Origin: Myxococcota bacterium | GTDB lineage: Bacteria > Myxococcota > SpSt-1050 | Assembly (NCBI GenBank): GCA_049969675.1 | Contig: JBMFOP010000060.1 | Span: 1-19,294 of the forward strand | DNA length: 19,294 bases | Direction: 5' to 3' | Shown: positions 1 through 7,785 of the stretch, piece after piece | How the letters are laid out: each line of letters opens with the position of its first letter | Position numbering within the stretch: position 1 is the stretch's first letter | Notes under the pieces: generated by a model | Databases searched by the model: none | Told to the model about the DNA's origin: nothing | The model's input: the letters and a program-made list of their open reading frames with translations, nothing else | Translations under genes and position numbers: made by a program

Positions 1-83
1 TGAAATTATTAAAAGAAGAGGCAAGAGAAAATAATTTTATGGTGAGACCCAATGATAGAGATAAAATGGAGAAGATATTATGA
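1..83 (+). CDS. 3' end of an unidentified CDS (partial, runs off the window)
   Basis: Frame starting at 3 reads KLLKEEARENNFMVRPNDRDKMEKIL*. Its TGA (81-83) overlaps the ATG of the next ORF (ATGA), typical of translational coupling. Confidence 0.55.
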   Translation, partial: KLLKEEARENNFMVRPNDRDKMEKIL

Positions 84-286
84 ATTCAAAAGATGTAAAG
101 CCTGTGGAAGATATATTTGTAATAAAATTGAGTGAGGTTCAATATTTAGCCAAAAAGAAATTTGGAAGATATTTAGAAGAAGATGAGATTAAAGAGGTTC
201 AAAAGAGAATTCAATGGGGGCTGGAATGCCGGGAAGATGCGGTTCTCTATGCAATTGAAGATGTAATCAATAAGATCAAAAAATAA
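80..286 (+). CDS. Small hypothetical protein (68 aa)
   Basis: ORF with GGAG upstream and an ATGA overlap with the preceding frame. Charged helical composition, no recognisable motif. Confidence 0.65.
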   Translation: MNSKDVKPVEDIFVIKLSEVQYLAKKKFGRYLEEDEIKEVQKRIQWGLECREDAVLYAIEDVINKIKK

Positions 287-319
287 AATGAGTTTTGGTA
301 CTAAAGACTGTTAAAGTAG

Positions 320-484
320 ATCATTTCAGACAATGGTGAATTAAACAATACCCTTAAAGAATGGTTTAAAAAACCATCTCGCAGACCATATATCGCAGTG
401 TCGGTTGATATTATGAGCACAGGTGTTGACATCTCTTGTGTTAGATATATTGGCTTTTCCGCAGATATTTTCAAACAAATTTGA
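320..484 (+). pseudogene. hsdR: Remnant of a type I restriction enzyme R subunit (helicase C-terminal region)
   Basis: Manual translation gives SDNGELNNTLKEWFKKPSRRPYIAVSVDIMSTGVDISCVRYIGFSADIFKQI*. PYIAVSVDIMSTGVD matches the HsdR helicase motif V region (P.IA.TVDLL.TG.D.P). Bounded by stops, with no start codon upstream of the motif. Confidence 0.7.
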
Positions 485-711
485 AAACGTTATTAAGAAT
501 TTGGAATCTGCTATTCATTAAACCCTTAATCTGGTGGGAGTTAAACTACGAACCTATACCTTCAAAACATTGTAGATAATTTTAATCTGAACAATATTCC
601 ATCCAATTCTTAAGAATTCAATATCTTTTAGTCTTCAATTAAAATTTATTTTGGAAAGATATGAATTTGAGTCTTTTATCATTTTTACAGATTCAGAAGA
701 ATGATACAACT

Positions 712-3700
712 TTATTGTGGTATTCGTTCTATGGTATTTACAAGCTGATTTCCACTGATGCCTCCAATTGCATATATAAATGGTGGTAGCCTTATGATAG
801 AATGATATCCTCTGCCGGTACCCATCTGTGCACCAGTATTCTCCTTCTTTCCGAGCGAACCATTTTGGGAATTTGCAGGAAATCTCTCAACTGTATTTGA
901 GACATTGTAACTCCCATTAGATTCAGATTGTATTCCACCAAAGACAAATAGGTATCCTGCGTAGAGTTGTGCCTCTACTCCGAGCACTGGCTTTGTAATC
1001 TCCTCTGTAGAAATAGTCCATCCTACGAGATGTCCGTTTTCATCAATCTGTGAATATTCTATAGATTTGATACCACTATTATTACCTGCTGCAAATGAAT
1101 CATCCCCTCCCACGACATATACAAATACTGGTTCGCTCTGTAATCTCTGCTTTATTACCGTCAACTTTGCCTGATTACTCACAATACCACCGGCCTCCGC
1201 TGTAATATATGTAACACCGAGCCCCACACCTGTTGCAACATTTCCATTCATTATAGCAATGTTTGTATCGCTTGATTTATATACATAATCGTTTCGCTCA
1301 ACCACATTTCCACAACTATCATAGGCAATTGCATTATAACTCTGTTTCTGCATAATCTCTATTGTGGCATCAGATGGACTTATTACAATTCTGGCAAATC
1401 TGCATTCGTTATTTGAAGAGACATTCAGAATAGCCTTATTTGACAGAACTCCACAGGCAGTGGCATATATAGTTGTTGTCCCTACATTGATACCCTTTGC
1501 CTTTCCAGTATTATCAATGGTTGCGATATTTGTGTCGGTTGAGATATATGAAAATCCGTTGTAAGCTATCTGATTACCGTTTGAATCATAAGCCTTTGTA
1601 GTGTATTGTAGAGTCTGTCCAATAAGTATTCCAGCCAGCACCGGCTCAATCTCTATCTTTGCTACATCACAGGCAGTTCCTCCGGTGACTTCAAGGATCG
1701 CTACATTACTAAAGATTCCCTGATATTCTGCTGTAATACCACTCTTCCCTTTGGATAGAGCGGTCGCGACCCCAGAATTATTTATTATTGCCACTGATGG
1801 ATTATCCGACCTCCAGTTAAATGTCGTGATATTTAATTTATTTCCCTGTTTATCATATGCCTCTGCTGTGTATTGCTGTTGCTGTCCCACCACTCTGGTT
1901 GCATATTCTGGCTTTACCACAATAGAAAAGATGTTATTTACAGGCTCATTCTGTACAACGAGTGTCGCCCTGTTGCTCGTAATGCCATTATAAGTCGCTT
2001 TAATATATGTGGTTCCCGTATTAATTGCCGAGGCAAGACCAGATGCATCAATGGTAGCCACATTTGTATCACTTGAATTCCAGTTTACAGATAGATTTCT
2101 TATAATACAGCCTGTTACATCTCTTGCAATCGCCTCATATTGAACCTTTGTCCCCGGATTTACAACCTTATATAGAGGTGCAATATCTATAAATGCCACT
2201 GAGGTATTTGCATCATCACAGAATGGTGTAATCGGTGGCTCATCTTGCTCCTCATCAGGGAAGTCATTCTCATCTGATATAAAGTTGCTTGCTATCCCAA
2301 AGAATGCCCTTTGAATATTGGTGGATCTGTCATACTCAAAGCTATCAAAGTCGTTCTGGTCTGACTTAAATATTCCGCGTTCAACGCTCTTTAAATAATT
2401 TGAAGAATCTGTCCTTCCGCCAATTACAAATACAATATCATCTCCATTTCCATTTTTTACATAGAGTGCCCGAACCCCATCCCGCTTCTCCTTCAATTTT
2501 GTCTTTGCCTCTACAAAGTATCTGATAGAGCCTCTTTCAAGTGGCTTTATAATCTCTGGAGGCATACTGTTTTTATCAAGTAGATCTGCGCCGGTATCCA
2601 GAAAGCTATTGCTCCCAACTTTAGACTTTAACAGATAAAATTCTGAACCGTTAGCCTCTGTCCTGTAAATATTATAAGATACCGCGCTCTTTATTCTCTC
2701 CCAGCTGATATCTACGGAGTTGTTATTGTCCTTAACCTCTGATACCGCTTCATAGGATTGTGTGCTCTCTCCACTGGAGGTGAGAGCAGTAACTACATAT
2801 TTATAAACTCCGTATGGGAGCGTTGCGCCACCCGTTACCTTTGCCACTGCATTTACCCGTGATGGCGCAGGGACCAGATTCCCCTCTCCATCATCATTGA
2901 AGACTACAGCATTGACACCGGTTGCAATCAGTCGCTCAGAACCGGCAATCCCATCAGCAGAAGGGCTTCTGTATATGTTGTAGTAGAGTGCATTGGGCTG
3001 TGGATCCCATTTGATAATATTTGTTCCAGATACATTCGGCAGGATAATCTCTCTTGATGGAAGGGATTCGCCATCACTATAAACCGCGGAGACCCTGTAG
3101 TACCAGGAGCCATAAGGGAGAGAGCCAGATAGAGATGTAAATGAAGGTCTCAATGGCTTTGGGGCATCAGACCTGTTATTTACCTTTGCAATCTCAATTG
3201 TATCAAGTGCCTTAGTGCCATCTGAGCCACCGATTGCTATAATCCTGTCCCTGATTCTCACAAGGGCAAAGCCCTCTCTTCTGGTATTGAGTCTTACAAA
3301 ATCTCTCTTTTTGGTATTTGGATTAAATTGAATCGCCTTCCTGAATACTCCGAGCTCTCCACTCATCGCCACAGGGGCGATCTCCACATTATCCAGCACA
3401 TCTACCAGATTATTCCCTCCCGCAACAAGGATATATGGATTTTTGTACTGGTCTCTGAAAAATACAGATGCGTGTTTGAATCTACTTTCTACAAGTTTTG
3501 AATTTATATATGACCACTGGGTGAGTTTCCCCTCTGCACTGGACATCATCTGGATAGCGTAATAGTAGTCATACTGACCATCTGGATTGACAACCTTAAT
3601 CGGATAATAACCGAGCCCGAGCTGATTTGGACCGATTACTGCATTAATCTGAGTGGATGTGACATCCTTTATTGTCAGTTCTATCTCATTATTGTCAGAT

Positions 3701-4659
3701 ACCGCATAAAGTCTTGCCCCATCCACAAAATTCTCTCCCATAACGATAAATGGGTCAGCACCTGTATTTGAAGGCATCCTGTACGGATTTACACCGGTAA
3801 TTATTGGGGCTGGAATATTTGTCACTGTAAATTTCTCATAGAATCCACTCTGCTTATCCGGATTGATTACCTCAACAATATAATCACCAACTGGCATCCT
3901 GAAAGACTCTGTGGGGGCCACTGCTGTAATATTCTTATCCGAATGGAATGATACGCTTGGCGAGATAAAATACTGATTGCTATCGGACATATTTATAAAT
4001 CTAACCGCAGGTGTGGAGATAAAGTTCTCACCATAGATGGTGACCATCACATCTGAGTTCTTTCCATCCAGTGGGTCTCCATTGAATCCAGTCTTGGGCT
4101 CAATATCTGTGACTACCGGTGGGGGATTTATCAGAACCCTAAATGCCTTTTTGAGTGTATCTGTGGCACTGTCACCATTTATAACCTTCACATCATAAAG
4201 TCCCAGAGGTCTGGATAGATTTGCAGGGAGCGTCCCCTTGATTGAATCGGATGTGATAGATTTTACAGATGCCTCTTCTTCATAGATTGGACTCTCCTCC
4301 TCATTTACAAAGATGACCTTTGCACCAGATATAAATCCGGTTCCAGAAATAATAAAATCAATATCCATACCTCTATATCCAGCCTCAGGTGAGATGGAGA
4401 GGAGTGCAAATGGGATTATTGAAGCATCACCTGAATCAGATATGCCATCAGGAGAAGTCCCATCTAAGAAAAGACCATCCGATAGCATCCCATCTGTCAG
4501 GGTTGAATCAGGGAGAGCCCCATCTGTAAAGGCATCTTTTAGAACGCCATCCTGAATAGATATATCATCCTCCACAACAGAGGCACTCTCCCCACAGGAA
4601 CAGGCATATAGTACCGCCCCAAGGACGAAAATTAAAACCAAAAATCTTATCCTATTCAT
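712..4659 (-). CDS. Large surface lipoprotein: Asp-rich stalk, 3 IPT/TIG domains, discontinuous Kelch beta-propeller, 2 FN3-like domains, 4 bacterial Ig-like (Big_2-type) domains
   Basis: AGGAGG RBS and a signal peptide ending LYAC-SC (lipobox-like). IPT repeats (SISP..G.GF / DIEP..GENF / GVNP..GENF ending V.NPDG-like), six Kelch motifs (hydrophobic-GG...E), FN3-like W....A..YNIYR twice, and four W/Y.S.(D/N).(V/I)A.I...G repeats. Confidence 0.88.
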   Translation of the reverse strand: MNRIRFLVLIFVLGAVLYACSCGESASVVEDDISIQDGVLKDAFTDGALPDSTLTDGMLSDGLFLDGTSPDGISDSGDASIIPFALLSISPEAGYRGMDIDFIISGTGFISGAKVIFVNEEESPIYEEEASVKSITSDSIKGTLPANLSRPLGLYDVKVINGDSATDTLKKAFRVLINPPPVVTDIEPKTGFNGDPLDGKNSDVMVTIYGENFISTPAVRFINMSDSNQYFISPSVSFHSDKNITAVAPTESFRMPVGDYIVEVINPDKQSGFYEKFTVTNIPAPIITGVNPYRMPSNTGADPFIVMGENFVDGARLYAVSDNNEIELTIKDVTSTQINAVIGPNQLGLGYYPIKVVNPDGQYDYYYAIQMMSSAEGKLTQWSYINSKLVESRFKHASVFFRDQYKNPYILVAGGNNLVDVLDNVEIAPVAMSGELGVFRKAIQFNPNTKKRDFVRLNTRREGFALVRIRDRIIAIGGSDGTKALDTIEIAKVNNRSDAPKPLRPSFTSLSGSLPYGSWYYRVSAVYSDGESLPSREIILPNVSGTNIIKWDPQPNALYYNIYRSPSADGIAGSERLIATGVNAVVFNDDGEGNLVPAPSRVNAVAKVTGGATLPYGVYKYVVTALTSSGESTQSYEAVSEVKDNNNSVDISWERIKSAVSYNIYRTEANGSEFYLLKSKVGSNSFLDTGADLLDKNSMPPEIIKPLERGSIRYFVEAKTKLKEKRDGVRALYVKNGNGDDIVFVIGGRTDSSNYLKSVERGIFKSDQNDFDSFEYDRSTNIQRAFFGIASNFISDENDFPDEEQDEPPITPFCDDANTSVAFIDIAPLYKVVNPGTKVQYEAIARDVTGCIIRNLSVNWNSSDTNVATIDASGLASAINTGTTYIKATYNGITSNRATLVVQNEPVNNIFSIVVKPEYATRVVGQQQQYTAEAYDKQGNKLNITTFNWRSDNPSVAIINNSGVATALSKGKSGITAEYQGIFSNVAILEVTGGTACDVAKIEIEPVLAGILIGQTLQYTTKAYDSNGNQIAYNGFSYISTDTNIATIDNTGKAKGINVGTTTIYATACGVLSNKAILNVSSNNECRFARIVISPSDATIEIMQKQSYNAIAYDSCGNVVERNDYVYKSSDTNIAIMNGNVATGVGLGVTYITAEAGGIVSNQAKLTVIKQRLQSEPVFVYVVGGDDSFAAGNNSGIKSIEYSQIDENGHLVGWTISTEEITKPVLGVEAQLYAGYLFVFGGIQSESNGSYNVSNTVERFPANSQNGSLGKKENTGAQMGTGRGYHSIIRLPPFIYAIGGISGNQLVNTIERIPQ

Positions 4660-4762
4660 TGTAATCCTCCTTTCATATACAAATATATAAACACTATTTG
4701 TAGATTGAAAGTTTTAAAGATATTGCCACTGCTGTCCGGAATAATCCGATTTGAAAAGTTAA

Positions 4763-5179
4763 CTATTTGTAAAGTGCTGTGATGATTCACAATGCAAACA
4801 ATATACGAATCGTCCGAAATGCAATCTCTTGAATAATACCTGTGTGGAGTGTCTGAATAATAATGACTGCGGTATACTCGGTACAAATTTTATCTGTTGT
4901 AATAATCAATGTATTAGAGGTGAATGCTGCACAGATAAGGATTGTATAAATAGTGGTAGAGGAGATACCTGCTACCAATATCACTGTAGAGAACATTGTG
5001 TAAATGACGAAGAATGAGGCAGTATACAATCCTGCTGTCAGAATATAACTACACCCCCATTTCCATTCTGTGCTCCTAATACTACAAAGAGGTGTTGTAC
5101 TGACAATAATCAGTGTAATTCAATGACGGAAAGATGTTGCTATGGTATATGCATCCCGAATGTAGTACTTTGTGATTAA
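4763..5179 (+). pseudogene. Cys-rich repeat protein fragment with an in-frame TGA and no convincing start
   Basis: The frame is open 4763-5014 (LFVKCCDDSQCKQYTNRPKCNLLNNTCVECLNNNDC...HCVNDEE). After TGA 5015-5017 it continues in frame with the same repeat (GSIQSCCQ...RCCTDNNQCNSMTERCCYGICIPNVVLCD*). No signal peptide, ATG or RBS. Confidence 0.65.
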
Positions 5180-6075
5180 TTCTTTGAAATGGCATTTGCA
5201 ATCTGTCCACAATTTGAGAGGAGAATATTCTCTCTCAAATCTCCAATTGATATAATAGTCTCAAATCCATACTCTTTAAGTTTATCAGATTGCAATCTCA
5301 AATAAGAATAGATTTCATCATAATCCCCTTTTACCTCAAACCCATGCCTCTTTGAATTCTGGGTTGGATTAATCGGAGTGAGTTTAATAATATTCTTTTG
5401 AGGATTGAAAGACCTCTTAATAATTTTACAATTCAATTCGTCTTTTGGTCTTAAGGCAAAATTTAGCACTACCTTTCTTCTACCCTTTGAATAAAATCTA
5501 TCTGAGTACTCTCCAATCCACTCAAGTGGCATCTTCTTAAATGGCATAATATAGTCTCTATAGTCTTCATCTGTAGAATTGATGGAAAATTGAAGTTGAA
5601 AATCCCTGAAATAATCCCTGACCTCAATTAATCTATCAAAAAATTTTTCAGAGCCAACAGGTGCAGCAGTGGCAATACAGGGGATATAGGCTGGATTAAT
5701 ATTTATGAGCTCAAGCATTGCATCAATAACACTTAAATTGAGAGAGGGTTCACCCATCCGTGCAAATTGAATCTTAAACTTCTGAGTATTGATAGGACTT
5801 CTCTCTTTGTGTCGCTGAATAACATAATCTACCTGTTCAACAATCTCATCTTTTGAAAGATTCCCATAAAAATAACCTGAGGCATCACAGAATCTACATC
5901 TTAGAGCGCACCCAATCTGAGAGGAGACGATTATTACCCACTTCTTACCTCTATCTGATTGCGGCTGAGGTGTGGATTCTACAAATTCTATTAGCAACTT
6001 CCTATCCCCTCTCACATTAGCCACATAGGTTGTAGCAACATCTTTTATAGATAATCGGGATATTACATTTAACAT
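5176..6075 (-). CDS. RlmN/Cfr-related radical SAM protein (short, atypical)
   Basis: SSQIGCALRCRFC (CxxxCxxC in the RlmN context), ARMGEP (cf. MGMGEP), QFSINS (cf. SLH), and C-terminal SNCGQI (cf. ACGQL). 299 aa. Confidence 0.85.
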   Translation of the reverse strand: MLNVISRLSIKDVATTYVANVRGDRKLLIEFVESTPQPQSDRGKKWVIIVSSQIGCALRCRFCDASGYFYGNLSKDEIVEQVDYVIQRHKERSPINTQKFKIQFARMGEPSLNLSVIDAMLELININPAYIPCIATAAPVGSEKFFDRLIEVRDYFRDFQLQFSINSTDEDYRDYIMPFKKMPLEWIGEYSDRFYSKGRRKVVLNFALRPKDELNCKIIKRSFNPQKNIIKLTPINPTQNSKRHGFEVKGDYDEIYSYLRLQSDKLKEYGFETIISIGDLRENILLSNCGQIANAISKN

Positions 6076-6077
6076 CG

Positions 6078-6938
6078 CTACTCCTTTTTCAAGATAAGTC
6101 TGCTTATTTTCATTGCGGCATTGACGCCATCACCAAAGGCAATGGCTGCCTGATGTGCATTTATGAGATTTGCATCTCCACAGATAATTATTCTGCTCTT
6201 ATCAACATCTTTATTAAGAAAAGATAGAGAAGGGTTGCCACCAGTTGTCAAAAGGATGGACCTCCCCGAGGCTATAAACTCCTTTCCACCTCTAATATAT
6301 TTAAGGAGAACAACCTTTTTATCCATCTCAATCTCTTTATATGAAATTCCGGTGATAGTAATAACACCAAGCCTTTTAATATCTCTTTTAAGGATAGGAT
6401 TGATCTCTAAATTCTTTGACCTTGAGAAGAGGGCTACCTCAAATCCTCTTTCTCTGAGAGAACAGGCTGAATCCGCCCCAACCTCACCACCTCCTATTAT
6501 TAAAACTGGAGAATGACTTCTTTTATTGAGTGTCTCCCATTCTAAAAATAGGAGATTATTCCTCTCTAATCTATCAATTCCGACTATATCTGGTATCACC
6601 GGCTTGAGTCCAGTTGCTATGATAATAAATCTTGCAAAGTAACTATTTATATTTGTCCTGATACAGTACAAATCCTTGCTGCCCTGAATCTTCAATACAT
6701 TCTCAAATCTCACTTCAATCCCCTTTCTATCAACCATATCCCGCAAAATCTTCACAACCTGAGAGCCAGTAAGGGGTTTTGACGAAATCAGATTTTCAAC
6801 CCTTCTTGCAAGTCTGATTCTCCCTCCAATTCTATCTCTCTCAATGACAATGGGGTTGAAGCCATTATGTCTCAATTGCAGTGCAGCGCCAATGCCAGCG
6901 GGGCCGGCTCCAATTACCATTACATCATAGATTCGCAT
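6078..6938 (-). CDS. NAD(P)/FAD-dependent oxidoreductase, thioredoxin-reductase-like fold without CxxC
   Basis: VIGAGPAG FAD motif, IIIATG, IIGGGEVG NAD(P) motif and a C-terminal CGD motif. No redox CxxC before the second Rossmann motif. Confidence 0.88.
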   Translation of the reverse strand: MRIYDVMVIGAGPAGIGAALQLRHNGFNPIVIERDRIGGRIRLARRVENLISSKPLTGSQVVKILRDMVDRKGIEVRFENVLKIQGSKDLYCIRTNINSYFARFIIIATGLKPVIPDIVGIDRLERNNLLFLEWETLNKRSHSPVLIIGGGEVGADSACSLRERGFEVALFSRSKNLEINPILKRDIKRLGVITITGISYKEIEMDKKVVLLKYIRGGKEFIASGRSILLTTGGNPSLSFLNKDVDKSRIIICGDANLINAHQAAIAFGDGVNAAMKISRLILKKE

Positions 6939-7476
6939 TTATATCCCTGCTCCTCAAAATCTTACAAAAGCCGTGAGATAGATTCAATATAGATGCCTTA
7001 TGATATTCTCTCCTCTTTGACATAGTTGCATCCTCAATCAGAAAAGATTCATACCCCCTCATAAATGCATCTCTGATACTTGTCTCCACACATAGATGAG
7101 TCATCACACCGCAGAAGAAGAGCCTTTTCACCTTCCTGTTGAATAACAGTTCATCAAGATCTGTATTGAAGAATACAGAATAGAACTCCTTTTCAACAAT
7201 TATCTTTCTTTTGGGCAGAATCAATCTATCAAATAGTCTGCATTCATCTCCCTTGGGGAGCCTTCTCCACCACCTCCTCATTGGGTGAGAGGGGCTTATG
7301 GGGAAGGTCTGCATTGTAAAGACTACATCTTTCCGCTTATTTGAGAAGAGCTCAATTAGATTATTAATTGGCCTTATTATATTTTCAGAGCCTTTGATAT
7401 ATGCATAAGAACCTTTTTTAAAGAAATAATTCTGAACATCTACGATTATCAAAGCCGAATTTTCTATCGTATTCAT
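6925..7476 (-). CDS. Isochorismatase/nicotinamidase-family cysteine hydrolase
   Basis: ALIIVDVQNYF, EKEFYSVF and GVMTHLCVETSIRDA give the Asp-Lys-Cys triad. Start moved from 7512 to ATG 7476 because AAAGGA lies 7 nt upstream and the longer start falls inside a terminator hairpin. Confidence 0.9.
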   Translation of the reverse strand: MNTIENSALIIVDVQNYFFKKGSYAYIKGSENIIRPINNLIELFSNKRKDVVFTMQTFPISPSHPMRRWWRRLPKGDECRLFDRLILPKRKIIVEKEFYSVFFNTDLDELLFNRKVKRLFFCGVMTHLCVETSIRDAFMRGYESFLIEDATMSKRREYHKASILNLSHGFCKILRSRDINANL

Positions 7477-7489
7477 TACAAAATCCTTT

Positions 7490-7535
7490 AAAAAAGAAAA
7501 AGCCACCCTCAACCAAAAAATCAGGTCTGGGTGGC
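7490..7535 (-). terminator. Intrinsic terminator in the 5' leader of the hydrolase operon (attenuator-like)
   Basis: Minus strand reads GCCACCC-AGACC-TGATTTTTT-GGTTGA-GGGTGGC followed by TTTTTCTTTTTT. This is a perfect 7-bp GC-rich stem plus U-tract, located between promoter and RBS. Confidence 0.75.
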
Positions 7536-7563
7536 AAAACTGCCTATTACATAACCGTAAATT

Positions 7564-7592
7564 AAGTTAATATATAAGAATGACTCTGTCAA
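7564..7592 (-). promoter_or_regulatory. Sigma70-type promoter of the hydrolase/oxidoreductase/radical SAM operon
   Basis: TTGACA (7592-7587), 17-nt spacer, TAACTT (7569-7564). Confidence 0.6.
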
Positions 7593-7785
7593 ATATTTTT
7601 TGCATCGGATAGGATCCTCAATTCTTCAATCGGATATAATCCAGATGTAATAAATGTTTATTCTCACAAAAGTCAAAGATTTGATACAATGCCAGATTAT
7701 TTTTTATTGATTCAATCTGTTGACTCCGGACTTATTTATTCTTTATTTCTTATATATCTACTTTTGACTGTTGGATAATATCTCC

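Noticed and set aside
4656..5029. Minus-strand ORFs 4656-4886 and 4787-5029
   Set aside because: They are antisense to the patterned Cys-rich plus-strand frame, which explains the sequence better.
4763..5179. AAT-rich startless Cys repeat as a diversity-generating retroelement template repeat
   Set aside because: No reverse transcriptase, and no near-identical copy with A-specific mismatches seen in the window.
5176..6075. Calling the radical SAM gene rlmN or cfr
   Set aside because: It lacks the N-terminal domain and the first catalytic Cys and has altered motifs, so orthology cannot be supported.
7490..7560. Assigning the leader to a known riboswitch class (SAM, guanidine, etc.)
   Set aside because: The region before the terminator is very short and I could not recognise any consensus aptamer. 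An Rfam scan is needed.
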